Below are positions 10,129-21,261 of a DNA stretch of 64,000 bases, piece by piece. The DNA lies in contig CAWDVR010000005.1 of assembly GCA_963805975.1 (NCBI GenBank), positions 654,156 through 718,155 of the forward strand. Direction: 5' to 3'. This DNA comes from an uncultured Acidobacteriota bacterium. GTDB taxonomy: Bacteria; Acidobacteriota; Thermoanaerobaculia; Multivoradales; SZUA-115. The notes below the pieces were generated by a model, which had not been told where the DNA came from, searched no databases, and saw only the letters and a list, made by a program, of their open reading frames with translations. Made by a program: the position numbers and the translations under genes. Every line of letters starts with the position of its first letter. Positions within the stretch are counted from its first letter, which is position 1.

Positions 10129-12822
10129 ATGCAGACCACCATGTCAGCTCTGTCCCCGGCAAACCGGCGCCACGCCGGCCGGTGGGTCGCGGGCTTGCTC
10201 GCCGGCGCAGTGCTGTTCCCGTCCGCGGGGGCGCGCGAGGCCTCGCCTCCGGGCGGGCCGGGGCCCGCGAGCGACCCGCCGCGCCTGGTGGCGCCGCTCT
10301 CGACCGGCGAGGAGGTGGGGCTCCCGGCGCTCGACCCTGAGGTCCCCAGCCCGGCCGAGTTCCTCGGCTACCCGCTGGGAACCCGGTTCACCCACTACCC
10401 GGCGATCCTCGCCTATCTCGAGCGGCTGGCCCAGGCCTCGCCACGGGTCACCATCCGCCCCTACGGCGAGACCTACGAGGGGCGCCCGCTCGAGCTGGTC
10501 GCCATCTCCAGCCCGGAGAACATCGATCGCCTGGAGGAGATCCGGCTGCGCCATCTGCGCCTGGCGGCGCCGGCCCTGCTGGCACCGGAGGAGCAGGAGG
10601 CGCTCACCTTCACCCAGCCGGCCGTCCTCTGGCTCGCCTACGGCGTGCACGGCAACGAGTCGTCCTCCGCCGAGGCGGCGATGGGCGCGGCCTACGTGCT
10701 GGCGGCGGCCCGGGGAGACTGGGAGCGGCTGCTGCGCGAGGTGATCGTGCTGATCGATCCGCTTTCGAACCCCGACGGCCGGGAGCGCTACCTGTCGGGC
10801 TACGAGCAGCGGCGCGGGCGCCTCCCCGACCCGGACCCCGCCGCCGCCGAGCACACGGAGCCCTGGCCCGGCGGCCGCTACAACCACTACCTGATCGACC
10901 TCAACCGCGACTGGGCGTGGGCGAGCCAGAAGGAGACCCGCCACCGCCTCGCCGCCTTCCGGCAGTGGGAGCCCCAGGTCTACGTGGACCTCCACGAGAT
11001 GGGGAGCGGCTCGACCTACTTCTTCCCGCCGGTGGCCGATCCGGTGAACCCGTCGATCGACAGGCGCGTGCTCTCCTGGCTCCAGGTCTTCGGCCGCGCC
11101 AACAGCCAGGTGTTCGACCGCCAGGGCTGGATCTTCTTCAATTCCCAGCGCTACGACCTGTTCTACCCCGGCTACGGCGACTCCTACCCGGCGCTCCGCG
11201 GTGCCGTTGGTATGACCTACGAGATGGCGGGCGGCGGCCGGGCGGGCGAGGCTCTACGGTTGCCGGACGGCTCGCTCCTGACCCTCGCCGACCGCTTGGC
11301 CCGGCACCTCGCGAGCTCGCTCGCCACGGTCGAGACGGCGGCCGAGAACCGCGTCGCCCTGCTCAAGGACTACGTGGCCTCGCGCCGCGCGGCTTCCACC
11401 CGCCTCGCCCAGAGCGTGCTGTGGGAGGCCGGGCAGCCGGAGGCGCGCGCCCTCGCCGAGCTGCTGGCCCTGCACGGGGTGGAGGTGAACCAGCTCGTGG
11501 CGGACGTCGAGGTGCTGGCCCGGCCGGGTGCCGGCGGCACGGAAGAGAAACGGCGCTTCCCGAATGGCACCTACGTGGTGTCGACGGCGCAGCCGCTCGC
11601 GGCCCTCATCGAAGCGCTGCTGCGAGTCGAGTCGCCCCTGCCGCCGGAGTTCGTCGAGCGCCAGCGGCAGCGGGTGGCCGACAGCCAGGACACCGAGTTC
11701 TACGACGTCACGGCCTGGTCCCTACCCCTCGCCTACAACCTCTCGACCTGGTGGATCGAGGGCGAGGCGCCGGCCACCGCACCCTTCCGCCAACCGGCCG
11801 GGGGGCTCGCCGGCGCCGGCGACGTCGGCTACCTGCTCTCACCCCAGGGTGTCGCGGGCTACCGTTTCGCGGCGGTGCTCGGCCGGCAGGGGGTGCGCAC
11901 CCGGCTGGCGCTGGTGCGTTTCGAGGCCGGCGGCATCGCCTATCCGGAGGGCACGCTCTTCATCCCGCGGCTCGGAAATGGCGAGGAGCTCGAGGAGCGG
12001 CTCCTCGCCCTGGCCGCCGAGCACCGGGTCACGCTGCGCCGGGTGGCCTCCTCGGCGACCCAGACCGGGATCAGCCTGGGCTCGGACGAGTTCGCGCCCG
12101 TGCGGCGCTCGCGCGTCGGCCTGGTGGGCGGGGGCGGTGTCTCCGCCACCTCCTTCGGGGGCTTCTGGCACCTGCTCTCGGAGGGCGTGGGCCTGGACGT
12201 GCGCCGGCTGGATCTCGGTGGGGTGGTAAGCGCGCTCCCCCAGCTCGAGGTGCTGGTGCTGCCGGACGGCTCGGACTACGGCGAGGTGCTGAGCGAGAGG
12301 CAGACCAAGGCGGTGGCCGAGTGGGTGAAGGCGGGCGGCGTCCTGGTCGCGGTGGGCGACGCCGTCACCTGGGCCGACAAGGTGGGCCTCCTCGGGATCG
12401 AGACCTGGAAACCGCCCGAGGACGACGGCGAGACCCACGAGGACGGGGCCTCGCTGTCCCCGCTCGCCGGCCGGCCCCTGTCCACGCCGGGGGCCATCCT
12501 CTCGACCAGTCTCCGGGCGAGCCACCCGATGGCGGCCGGTGTGCTCGCGCCGCCCCCCATGATGTTCTCCGGTTCGACTATCGTGCTTCCCACCCTGCCG
12601 CCGGAGGAGACCGTCCTCACCGTGGCGGCGGAGAAGCCGGTGGCCTCGGGCCTGGTGTGGGAGGAGGCCAGGGAGCGGCTCTCCGGCTCCCTGCTGGTGG
12701 CCGACCACCCTTCCGGCAAGGGGCGGGTCGTCGCCTTCGCCCAGGACCCGGTCTTCCGCCTGCTCTTCCGCGGCACCATGCCGCTCTTTCTGAACGCCGT
12801 GATGTACGGCCCGAGCTGGTAG
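10129..12822 (+). CDS. Secreted M14 zinc carboxypeptidase
   Basis: VHGNE, NPDG, DLNRD, DLHEM motifs; signal peptide. Confidence 0.88.
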   Translation: MQTTMSALSPANRRHAGRWVAGLLAGAVLFPSAGAREASPPGGPGPASDPPRLVAPLSTGEEVGLPALDPEVPSPAEFLGYPLGTRFTHYPAILAYLERLAQASPRVTIRPYGETYEGRPLELVAISSPENIDRLEEIRLRHLRLAAPALLAPEEQEALTFTQPAVLWLAYGVHGNESSSAEAAMGAAYVLAAARGDWERLLREVIVLIDPLSNPDGRERYLSGYEQRRGRLPDPDPAAAEHTEPWPGGRYNHYLIDLNRDWAWASQKETRHRLAAFRQWEPQVYVDLHEMGSGSTYFFPPVADPVNPSIDRRVLSWLQVFGRANSQVFDRQGWIFFNSQRYDLFYPGYGDSYPALRGAVGMTYEMAGGGRAGEALRLPDGSLLTLADRLARHLASSLATVETAAENRVALLKDYVASRRAASTRLAQSVLWEAGQPEARALAELLALHGVEVNQLVADVEVLARPGAGGTEEKRRFPNGTYVVSTAQPLAALIEALLRVESPLPPEFVERQRQRVADSQDTEFYDVTAWSLPLAYNLSTWWIEGEAPATAPFRQPAGGLAGAGDVGYLLSPQGVAGYRFAAVLGRQGVRTRLALVRFEAGGIAYPEGTLFIPRLGNGEELEERLLALAAEHRVTLRRVASSATQTGISLGSDEFAPVRRSRVGLVGGGGVSATSFGGFWHLLSEGVGLDVRRLDLGGVVSALPQLEVLVLPDGSDYGEVLSERQTKAVAEWVKAGGVLVAVGDAVTWADKVGLLGIETWKPPEDDGETHEDGASLSPLAGRPLSTPGAILSTSLRASHPMAAGVLAPPPMMFSGSTIVLPTLPPEETVLTVAAEKPVASGLVWEEARERLSGSLLVADHPSGKGRVVAFAQDPVFRLLFRGTMPLFLNAVMYGPSW

Positions 12823-12951
12823 GGAATATCAACGGCCGGGCCACGGTTGCACCGGGACGGCAAAATCCGTTAGCCTCCTCGGTTCCCGGGCTCGCCCGGC
12901 GAGCTACGTCCAAGCACTTGCGATCCACCCATCCGGAAGGCAGGAATCACC

Positions 12952-13161
12952 ATGAAGGAAGGCATCCACCCCGAGCTGCACCTGGTGACCGTGGTCTGCG
13001 CCTGCGGCAACACCTTCGAGACCCATTCGACGACCGACGAGCTGCGGCTCGAGATCTGCAGCGAGTGTCATCCCTTCTTCAGCGGCAAGCAGAAGCTGAT
13101 CGACACCGCCGGCCGCGTGGAGCGCTTCCAGCGCCGCTACGGCCAGCGCGCCACGGTCTGA
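12952..13161 (+). CDS. rpmE: 50S ribosomal protein L31 (Zn-binding type)
   Basis: [28 protein letters not shown]. Confidence 0.97.
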   Translation: MKEGIHPELHLVTVVCACGNTFETHSTTDELRLEICSECHPFFSGKQKLIDTAGRVERFQRRYGQRATV

Positions 13162-13270
13162 AGCAGCGGAGCAGGCTTTCTGAGACGCCGCGGGCTCGCC
13201 CTCGCGGCGCCGGTTTCACCGTCCCGGCTCGTACCCATCCCGTGAGCCCCTCGCAACCCCCTCGACGCCG

Positions 13271-14353
13271 ATGATCGACAAGCTCGCCCTCCTGGAGCGC
13301 ACTCACGAGGAGCTGACGGCGAAGCTCGCCGACCCCGGTGTCCTGGCCGACCCCAAGGCCTACACCAAGGCCACCCGGGCGCTCGCCGAGATCAACGACA
13401 TCGTCGGCCTCTACCGCCAGTATCGCCAGGCGGAGCGCCAGCTCGCCGAGACCGACGGGATGCTCGCCGGGATGCCGCGCGAGGACGAGCTCCACGAGAT
13501 GGCGAGCGAGGAGCGCACACGGCTGGCGGCGAACCTCGAGGAGCTCCAGGGCCGGCTGCGGCGCGAGCTGACGCCGAAAGACCCCAACGACGAGCGCAAC
13601 GTGGTGCTCGAGATCCGCGCCGGCACCGGCGGCGACGAGGCGAGCCTCTTCGCCTCGGAGCTCTTCCGCATGTACAGCCGCTACGCCGAGTCACGCGGCT
13701 GGCGGGTCGAGGTCATCGACCTCTCCGAGTCCGAGGTCGGCGGCGCGAAGGAGGTCTCAGCCATCGTCGAGGGCCGCGGCGCCTACAGCAAGCTCAAGTA
13801 CGAAGGCGGGGTCCACCGCGTGCAGCGGGTGCCCTCGACCGAGGCCCAGGGCCGCATCCACACCTCGGCGGTGACCGTCGCCGTGCTGCCCGAAGCCGAC
13901 GACGTCGAGGTGACGGTGGACGAGAAGGATCTCCGCATCGACCGCTACTGCTCCTCGGGGCCGGGCGGCCAGGGCGTCAACACCACCTACTCCGCGGTGC
14001 GGCTGACCCACCTGCCCTCGGGCATCGTGGTCGCCTGCCAGGACGAGCGCAGCCAGATCAAGAACAAGGCCAAGGCGCTGCGGGTGCTCAAGGCACGCCT
14101 GCTCGAGGTCGAGCGCGAGAAAGCCCAGTCCGAGCTCTCCGCCGAGCGCCGCCGGATGGTGGGCTCGGGCGACCGCTCGGAGAAGATCCGCACCTACAAC
14201 TTTCCCCAGAGCCGGGTGACCGATCACCGCATCGGCCTCACGCTGCATCAGCTGCCGCGGGTCCTCGAAGGCGACCTCGAGCCGCTGATCGCGCCGCTCG
14301 TCGCGCACTACGAGGCCGAGCGCATGGAGGAAGCTGCCCGAGGTGGCAACTGA
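13271..14353 (+). CDS. prfA: Peptide chain release factor 1
   Basis: [15 protein letters not shown] (PxT), GGQ, RTYNFPQ. Confidence 0.97.
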   Translation: MIDKLALLERTHEELTAKLADPGVLADPKAYTKATRALAEINDIVGLYRQYRQAERQLAETDGMLAGMPREDELHEMASEERTRLAANLEELQGRLRRELTPKDPNDERNVVLEIRAGTGGDEASLFASELFRMYSRYAESRGWRVEVIDLSESEVGGAKEVSAIVEGRGAYSKLKYEGGVHRVQRVPSTEAQGRIHTSAVTVAVLPEADDVEVTVDEKDLRIDRYCSSGPGGQGVNTTYSAVRLTHLPSGIVVACQDERSQIKNKAKALRVLKARLLEVEREKAQSELSAERRRMVGSGDRSEKIRTYNFPQSRVTDHRIGLTLHQLPRVLEGDLEPLIAPLVAHYEAERMEEAARGGN

Positions 14354-15200
14354 ACTGCGGCAACTGAACCGCGGCAAGGTGAGAGGGAGGCAGCCGGTGG
14401 CCGAGCTGGAAGAAGTGGTCGAGGAGGCACAGGAGCAGCCCTTTTCGGTCGAGTACGTGCGTCCTGACCGCGCGGTCAAGCCGATCTACCTCCTGGCCGA
14501 CAGCCAGATCCTGTTCTGGAAACCGGGCGGCACGCCGTTCATGGCCGGGATCAAGGCGCGGCTCGAGAAGAGCCAGCCGCGCGCCGCCTACCTCGGCGCC
14601 TCGAACGGCGACGATCCCACCTTCTATTCGATCTTCGAAGCCGCGACCGAAGAGGTGGGGATCACCGAGCGGCGGATGGTCCGCGCCGACCTGGGGCCGG
14701 ACGACCTCGATTTCCTGGACGCGGCGGACCTCATCCTCCTCGCAGGCGGCGACGTGGAGCGCGGCTGGCGCTCCTTCGAGGCCAACGGCCTCAAGCAGAT
14801 CCTCGTCCGCCGCTACTACGAGGGCGCGCTCCTGATGGGCATCTCGGCCGGCGCCGTGCAGCTCGGCCTGGGCGGCTGGGGCTCGGCGGGCTTCTCCTCC
14901 GGCCGCTTCGTCGACACCCTGCGCCTCCTGCCGCACGTGGTGGGCGCGCACGAGGAGATCGAGGACTGGGCCTCGCTCAAGGCCGCCGTGCTGCACCTGG
15001 GCGGCCACGTGCGCGGCTACGGCATCCCGCTCGGCAGCGGCTTCGTCTACCACCCGGACCACGCCATCGAGCCGTTGCGCCGCCCGCTGATCGAGATCCG
15101 GGTCCAGGGCGGCGACCTGCGCCAGATGGTGCTCCTGCCCGGCGACGTGCGGGACGGCGACGCCGTGGGTGAAGGTGGCGACGACCCGTTGGTGAACTGA
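14343..15200 (+). CDS. Peptidase S51-like (dipeptidase E/cyanophycinase fold); true start may be downstream
   Basis: LAGGD, GISAGA nucleophile elbow, downstream His. Confidence 0.7.
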   Translation: MATELRQLNRGKVRGRQPVAELEEVVEEAQEQPFSVEYVRPDRAVKPIYLLADSQILFWKPGGTPFMAGIKARLEKSQPRAAYLGASNGDDPTFYSIFEAATEEVGITERRMVRADLGPDDLDFLDAADLILLAGGDVERGWRSFEANGLKQILVRRYYEGALLMGISAGAVQLGLGGWGSAGFSSGRFVDTLRLLPHVVGAHEEIEDWASLKAAVLHLGGHVRGYGIPLGSGFVYHPDHAIEPLRRPLIEIRVQGGDLRQMVLLPGDVRDGDAVGEGGDDPLVN

Positions 15201-15281
15201 CCCCGGCTGGCCCTGTCCCCCTTCCCGCCGGTGCCGGGCACCTCCCTTGGCAACAAAGGGGCTCGTGCCCGGAGGTTTCCC

Positions 15282-16658
15282 ATGGCCAAGAAGCGCTCTC
15301 GCACCGCCGCCTGCCTCGGGTCTCTGGCTCTCGCCCTCGTTCTGGTGGCCGTGGCCCTCCCGGCCGCGCCCCTACTTCCCGCGGACGGGGGCGCACAGAT
15401 CCTCCTGTTCCGCAAGGTCCGGGTCTTCGATGGCCGCCAGGTGATTCCCGAGACCAACGTACTGGTGGTGGGCAAGAGGATCGCCGCCCTCCACCCGCAC
15501 CTGCCGGCGCCGCCCCATGCCGAGGTAATCGACGGCCGAGGCAAGACGCTCCTGCCCGGCCTGATCGATGCCCACGGCCACGCCACGGCAGCCGCTCCCT
15601 TCGGGCTGATCGACGCTCTCGCGCTGGGCGTGACCACCGAGCTCGGCATGTTCGACGACCCGCTTTTCGTGGCGGACCAGAAGGCCACGCACGTCGACGG
15701 CGAGCGGGCCCAGTACTTCTCCTCCGGCATCCTCGCCACCGCACCGGGCGGCCACGGCACGCAGTACGGGTTCCCCATTCCCACCGTCGCCTCGCCGGCG
15801 GACGCGCAGCCCTTCGTCGATGCGCGGATCGCGGACGGGGCGGACTACATCAAGATCGTCTACGAGGACTTCCGCCACCTCGGCTACGACTTCCCCAAGC
15901 TCTCGCGGGAGTCTCTGCGCGCGCTGATCCGGGCCGCGCACCGCCGCCACCGGATGGCCGTGGTCCATGCCACCGCGCTCGCCGATTCGCGCACCGCCGT
16001 GGCCCTGGGGGCGGACGGCCTGGTCCACACCCTGATCGACGTCGACCCGGACCCGCACTACGGCCGCTTCGTGGCCCACCACGGCGCTTTCGTCGTGCCC
16101 ACGCTGACGCTCTACCAGGTGGCGAGCCAGACCGTCCTCGGCCTCGAGCCGCTGGACGACCCGCTGCTCGCGCCGTATATCTCGCCGGCCGCCGTGGCGT
16201 TGATCGAGGCCCCCTTCCCGCCCGGCTTCGAGCAGACGGACTTCGAGGCGGCGGTCGAGTCCGTGCGCCAGCTCGCCGCCGCCGGGGCCTCGGTCCTCGC
16301 CGGCACGGACGCCCCCAACCCCAAGACGGCGCACGGCGCCACGATGCACCGCGAGCTCGAGATGCTGGTCTACGCCGGCCTGTCTCCCGCCCGGGCGCTC
16401 GCCGCCGCCACCGCCGAGCCGGCCCTGCGCTTCGGCCTCCACGACCGCGGTCGCATCCGCCCCGGCCTCCGCGCCGATCTGCTGCTGGTGAACGGCGACC
16501 CGACCGCCAACGTCCTCGCCGCGCGCGACATCGCGGGCATCTGGCAGGGCGGAGTGCGGGTCGACCGCGACGCCCTGGTCGCCGCGAGCGCCCTCATCGA
16601 GCCCTCCCCCAAGCACGGCCACGTCTGCGGCCCGGCGGTGAAGCAGCCCGAGCGGTAG
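15282..16658 (+). CDS. Secreted metal-dependent amidohydrolase
   Basis: GGAGG RBS, signal peptide, LPGLIDAHGH, AGTDA, GRIRPGLRADLLL. Confidence 0.88.
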   Translation: MAKKRSRTAACLGSLALALVLVAVALPAAPLLPADGGAQILLFRKVRVFDGRQVIPETNVLVVGKRIAALHPHLPAPPHAEVIDGRGKTLLPGLIDAHGHATAAAPFGLIDALALGVTTELGMFDDPLFVADQKATHVDGERAQYFSSGILATAPGGHGTQYGFPIPTVASPADAQPFVDARIADGADYIKIVYEDFRHLGYDFPKLSRESLRALIRAAHRRHRMAVVHATALADSRTAVALGADGLVHTLIDVDPDPHYGRFVAHHGAFVVPTLTLYQVASQTVLGLEPLDDPLLAPYISPAAVALIEAPFPPGFEQTDFEAAVESVRQLAAAGASVLAGTDAPNPKTAHGATMHRELEMLVYAGLSPARALAAATAEPALRFGLHDRGRIRPGLRADLLLVNGDPTANVLAARDIAGIWQGGVRVDRDALVAASALIEPSPKHGHVCGPAVKQPER

Positions 16659-16720
16659 GCGGGGCGGGTCGGACGGAGTCCCGGTGCCTCAAGCGGGGTG
16701 CTAGGCTTGCCAGCAGGCCC

Positions 16721-17577
16721 TTGCCCACCTTCGACCTCCTCGTCGCCGCCGCCCGCGCCCGCCTCAAGACCGCCCCTTTCGAGCCCTCGCCGCGCGAGGC
16801 CCTGCTGCTCGTGGGGCGGGTGCTGGGGCTGTCGGAGGCGCAGGTGCTGGCGCGGGGGGGCGAGGCGGTGCCCGAGGCGGCGGCGCGGGAGATCGAGGCG
16901 CTTCTCGTGCGGCGCCTGGCCGGCGAGCCGGTGGCCTATCTCTTCGGAGAGCGCGAGTTCTTCGGCAGGTCCTTTGCGGTGGACCCGCGGGTGCTGATCC
17001 CCCGTCCGGAGACCGAGCACTTGGTGGAGATAGCCCTCGCGCTGCCGCTGCCGGCGCGGCCCCGCATCCTGGACTTGGGCACCGGCTCGGGCGCCATCGC
17101 CGTGACGCTGGCGCTCGAGCTGCCCGCGGCCCGCGTGGTGGCGACAGACCGCTCGCCGGCCGCGCTGGCGGTGGCGGCGGGAACGCGCGCCGCCACGGGG
17201 CCGGCGAGCGCCTGCGCTTCCTGGCCGCCGACTGGACAGCACCCTTCCAGAGTCTCGACTTCGACTTGGTGGTCAGCAACCCGCCCTACGTGAGCCGGGA
17301 GGACGCGCCGCGCCTGTCGCCCGAGGTGCGGGAGTTCGAGCCGGCAGCGGCGCTTTTTGCCGGAGAGGCCGGCCTGGAAGCCATTCTCTTCCTGATCGAA
17401 GCGGCCGGGCGCCTCCCCGCGGGTGCCTTCTTTGCCTGCGAGATCGGTGACGGCCAGCTCCCGGCGATCGAGGCCTTTCTGGGAAGAGAGCGAGTGGGGG
17501 AGCCTTCGCTCTCGCTCGTCGAGGCGCGCCAGGACTACGCGGGAACCCCGCGAGTTGTGGTACTAAGGCGCGCCTGA
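16721..17577 (+). pseudogene. prmC: Release factor glutamine methyltransferase, split by a 1-nt frameshift at ~17180 (possible sequencing error)
   Basis: VLIPRPETE and LDLGTGSG in one frame, NARRHG...VVSNPPY in another; adding one G to GCG-GG-AAC restores the frame. Confidence 0.88.
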
Positions 17578-18842
17578 TGGATCGCTTCGTCATCACCGGC
17601 CCCACTCGACTCGCCGGCACCGTGCGCGCCTCCGGGGCCAAGAACGCCGCGCTGCCGGCGCTCGCCGCGAGCCTGCTCACCGACCAGCGCCTGACCCTGG
17701 GCCGCGTGCCGCGGGTGCGCGACATCCACACCTTCCTCGCGCTGCTCGATCACCTGGGCGTGGGCCACGAGGAGGCCGCGGGCGGCCTGTCGCTCGCGCC
17801 CGCGGGCACTCGGCACGAGGCCGACGAGGCGCCGTACGAGGTGGTGAAGACCATGCGGGCGAGCGTGCTGGTGCTGGGCCCGCTCCTCGCCCGGCACGGC
17901 CACGCGCGGGTGTCGCTCCCCGGCGGCTGCGCCATCGGCGTGCGGCCCATCGACCAGCACCTGGCCGGCCTCGAGGCCCTGGGCGCCGAGGTCAGGATCG
18001 AGCACGGCTACGTGCTGGCGAACGCCAGACGCCTCGAGGGGAACCGATTCCGCTTCGCGATGCCGACCGTCACCGGCACCGAGAACCTGCTGATGGCGGC
18101 GTCGCTCGCCCGCGGCACCACGGTGCTCGGCAACTGCGCTCGCGAGCCCGAGGTGGTGGACCTCGCCCGTCTGCTCAATGCCATGGGCGCCCGGATCGAA
18201 GGGGCGGGAACCGAGACCATCGTCATCGAGGGCGTCGACTCGCTGGCCGGCGCCGAGCACGAGGTGATCGCCGACCGCATCGAGGGCGGCACCTACCTGA
18301 TCGCGGCGGCCCTGACCGGCGGCGATGTGACGCTCGAAGGCGCCGAGCCCGCCGATCTGGCGCCGCTGCTCGAAAAACTGGCTGAAAGTGGCGCGCTGGT
18401 GGAGCAGGGCCCGCGCTGGGTGCGCGTCGCGAGAAGCGGCGAGCTCGTCCCCTGCGACCTCGCTACCGCACCCCATCCCGGCTTTCCCACGGACCTCCAG
18501 GCCCAGTACCTGGCCCTGATGACGCAGGCACGAGGCGCGGCCACGGTCTGCGAAACCGTGTTCGAGAACCGCTTCCAGCACGTGCCGGAGCTCAACCGCA
18601 TGGGCGCCGACATCCGCGTCGACGGGCGCTACGCGCGGGTGGAGGGCGGCACGCCGCTCACCGGTGCGGCGGTGATGGCCACCGATCTGCGCGCCTCGGC
18701 CTGCCTGGTGCTGGCGGGTCTCGCCGCGCGGGGCGAGACCGTCGTCGACCGCATCTACCACCTGGACCGCGGCTACGAGCGTATGGAACTGAAATTGCAG
18801 CACTTGGGGGCTCGTCTCGAACGGGTTCCGGCCTCTCTCTGA
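17577..18842 (+). CDS. murA: UDP-N-acetylglucosamine 1-carboxyvinyltransferase
   Basis: [31 protein letters not shown]. Confidence 0.97.
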   Translation: MDRFVITGPTRLAGTVRASGAKNAALPALAASLLTDQRLTLGRVPRVRDIHTFLALLDHLGVGHEEAAGGLSLAPAGTRHEADEAPYEVVKTMRASVLVLGPLLARHGHARVSLPGGCAIGVRPIDQHLAGLEALGAEVRIEHGYVLANARRLEGNRFRFAMPTVTGTENLLMAASLARGTTVLGNCAREPEVVDLARLLNAMGARIEGAGTETIVIEGVDSLAGAEHEVIADRIEGGTYLIAAALTGGDVTLEGAEPADLAPLLEKLAESGALVEQGPRWVRVARSGELVPCDLATAPHPGFPTDLQAQYLALMTQARGAATVCETVFENRFQHVPELNRMGADIRVDGRYARVEGGTPLTGAAVMATDLRASACLVLAGLAARGETVVDRIYHLDRGYERMELKLQHLGARLERVPASL

Positions 18843-18940
18843 AGGCGGGCCCCCGGCTCCTGACCAAGAGGGCTCCTGACCAAGAGAGCCGCCCTGACCA
18901 ACGACCGAGCCCGCCGGCCGCGACCGATGACCGCCAACCG

Positions 18941-21241
18941 ATGACCGCCAGAGGCTTGCTTGCGCTCGCGCTGCTCGCCGCACCGGCCGGCGAGCTCCGT
19001 GCCGCCGATCTCCGGAGCATCGATCCGCGCATACCGCTCGTCGAGAGCCAGCTCGCGGGACGGCTGGAGGTAGCGCTCCGCGAGACCGAGAAGCTCCTCG
19101 CCACCGATCCCGAGCTCGCCCGCCGCCTCGGCCTCCACTACCTGCGCGGACGCCTCCTCGGCCGCCTCGACCAGGACCAGGAAGCGGCAAACGCCTTCCT
19201 CACCGCGATCACCGGCAACCCCGGACTCGCCCTCTACAGCTATTACCGCCTGGCGCTGGAGCACGAGCGGCTGGGCCATCCCGAGATGGCGGCCGGCCTG
19301 GTGGCGCACGTCCTGGGCTCGGACCAGCCGTTCACCGAGCTGCGGCGGGCGGTCGAGGTGCTGCGCCGCTCGCTCGCCGCGGGCGGCGACTGCCGCCTCC
19401 TGGGTGGCATCCGGGAGACGCGCTTCGAGACCCGGGTGCGGCGCGAGCTGCTCCTGGCCCGCGCCGAGTGCGCGCTCCGTGCCGGCGACGCCGCGCGGGC
19501 GGTGGAGATCGTTTCCAGCCTGCTGCGGGAGACGCGCGAGGACGACACCGCCTACCAGGCGGCGCTCCTGGCAGCCGACCAGCTTCTGGCCAAGGCGCCG
19601 ATGAGCTTCACGCTGGCGGTCGGCATGACGCTCCACGAGCACCGCGACTTCGCGCGCTCCTCGACGCTCCTGGACCGCGCGCTCACCGCCGCCGGTCCGC
19701 CGCCCGCGCTCCTCGACGGAGCCGCCTTCGGCCACCACTACGCCCGCCAGCGCAACGACTTCTGGTTGGGCGACTACCGCGCCGCGGCCAAGGGCTTCGG
19801 CGCTCTCGCCGAGCGGGCGGCGGCGAGCGAGAAGAAGGCCGACGCCCTGTACCAGGAAGGCCGCAGCCACGAGCTTCTGGGCGACGTCAACCGCGCCTCG
19901 GCGAGCTTCCGCCGCGCCTACCTCGCCGACCCGGCCTCGGAATGGGGGCCGCTCGGCCTGCTCTCGGCGCTGCGCGTCGAGTGGCGGAACGGGGCGGAGA
20001 AGCCGGCGCTCGACGCCTATGCCCTCCTTTCGACGCTGCGCACCGGGCGCGACCAGGCGGCGCGCGCCGCCCTCTTCCTCGCCACCTCGGACCTGGTCCA
20101 GGGCCGGGCGGACCGCGCCGCGGTCTGGCTCGCCGACGTCGAGCGCTTGGCGCCGGAGCTCACGACCGAGATCGCCTACTGGCGGGGCCGCCGCGCCGAG
20201 CTTGCCGGCGAGCGCGAGAAGGCCGTCCTCTCCTACCTCGAGGTGCTGCGCCGCGACGCCTACCAGCCGTTCGCGGCGGCGGCCCGCGAGCGTCTCGAGG
20301 GACCCGGCCTCGCCACCACCACCCGCGAGGTAGGGATCCGGCTGCTGGCTTCCGAGCGCACGGAGAGCCTGTACTCGGCCTGGCTGCTGCTCGGCGACCG
20401 GCATCCCAAGGGCCAGGCGGCGATGGCCGCGCTCGCCGCCCGGCTGGGCCAGGACCCGGCCGTCGCACCGTTCCTGAGGCTGACGGCGGTGCCGGTCGAG
20501 ACTTGGCCGCTCTGGACCCTGCCGCTCGTCCGGCCCGAGGAGCAGTTGCTAGCCTTGGGCCTCTTCGAGGAGGGAAGACCGGCCGTGGCGCGGGCCTTCC
20601 CGACCTCGAGCCCGGTTTTCGCGCTCGCCGGCAGCCGCCACCTCGCGGCGGCCGGCGAGACGCGCGAAGCCCTGCGACTGGCGGAGATCCTGGCAGAGAG
20701 GCTGCCGCGCTCGACCCCCCAACGGCTGCTGGTGCGGCCCTACCGTGAGCTGCTCTACCCGCTGCCGTTTCGTGATCTGCTCGACCGGGAGACAGGCCGG
20801 CGCTCGGTCGAGATCTGGCTCCTGGCCGCCATCATCCGCGAGGAGAGCCGCTTCGATGCGCACGCGCTTTCCGGCGCCTCGGCCCGCGGCCTCACCCAGT
20901 TCACCCAGCAGACGGCACAACGCTTCGCCGAGCGCGCCGGTTTCGGCACCGTCGAGGCCGCCGACCTCTACCGGCCGGAGGTGGCGATCACCCTCGGCGC
21001 CACCTACCTCGCGGACCTCGGCCGGCAGTTCCCGAACGCCGAGGCCGCGGTGGTGGCGGCCTACAACGCCGGTGAGGACCAGGCCCGCCTCTGGCAGCGC
21101 TACTGCTTCAGCACCGAGCCCGCCGAGTACTATTCCAAGGTGGCCTTCCGCCAGACCCGTGCCTACCTCCACAAGGTCCTGACCAGCCGCGCCCACTACT
21201 ATGAGATCTACGGCCGGGACGGAGCGTTCGGGACACCGTAG
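18941..21241 (+). CDS. Soluble lytic transglycosylase with TPR-like N-region
   Basis: Signal peptide, helical repeats, IIREESRF, GLTQF, AAYNAG. Confidence 0.88.
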   Translation: MTARGLLALALLAAPAGELRAADLRSIDPRIPLVESQLAGRLEVALRETEKLLATDPELARRLGLHYLRGRLLGRLDQDQEAANAFLTAITGNPGLALYSYYRLALEHERLGHPEMAAGLVAHVLGSDQPFTELRRAVEVLRRSLAAGGDCRLLGGIRETRFETRVRRELLLARAECALRAGDAARAVEIVSSLLRETREDDTAYQAALLAADQLLAKAPMSFTLAVGMTLHEHRDFARSSTLLDRALTAAGPPPALLDGAAFGHHYARQRNDFWLGDYRAAAKGFGALAERAAASEKKADALYQEGRSHELLGDVNRASASFRRAYLADPASEWGPLGLLSALRVEWRNGAEKPALDAYALLSTLRTGRDQAARAALFLATSDLVQGRADRAAVWLADVERLAPELTTEIAYWRGRRAELAGEREKAVLSYLEVLRRDAYQPFAAAARERLEGPGLATTTREVGIRLLASERTESLYSAWLLLGDRHPKGQAAMAALAARLGQDPAVAPFLRLTAVPVETWPLWTLPLVRPEEQLLALGLFEEGRPAVARAFPTSSPVFALAGSRHLAAAGETREALRLAEILAERLPRSTPQRLLVRPYRELLYPLPFRDLLDRETGRRSVEIWLLAAIIREESRFDAHALSGASARGLTQFTQQTAQRFAERAGFGTVEAADLYRPEVAITLGATYLADLGRQFPNAEAAVVAAYNAGEDQARLWQRYCFSTEPAEYYSKVAFRQTRAYLHKVLTSRAHYYEIYGRDGAFGTP

Positions 21242-21261
21242 GCGAAGAGTGCGGGCCGCCG

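Noticed and set aside
12860-12951. Structured leader upstream of rpmE
   Set aside because: Short GC hairpins are present but I cannot match them to a known r-leader without a covariance search
15235-15250. Sigma-54-like GGGCACCTCCCTTGGC upstream of the amidohydrolase
   Set aside because: -12 dinucleotide is GG rather than GC; too weak in GC-rich DNA
18855-18950. Short direct repeats as a mini-CRISPR
   Set aside because: Repeats are adjacent without spacers, only 14-16 bp, and there are no cas genes
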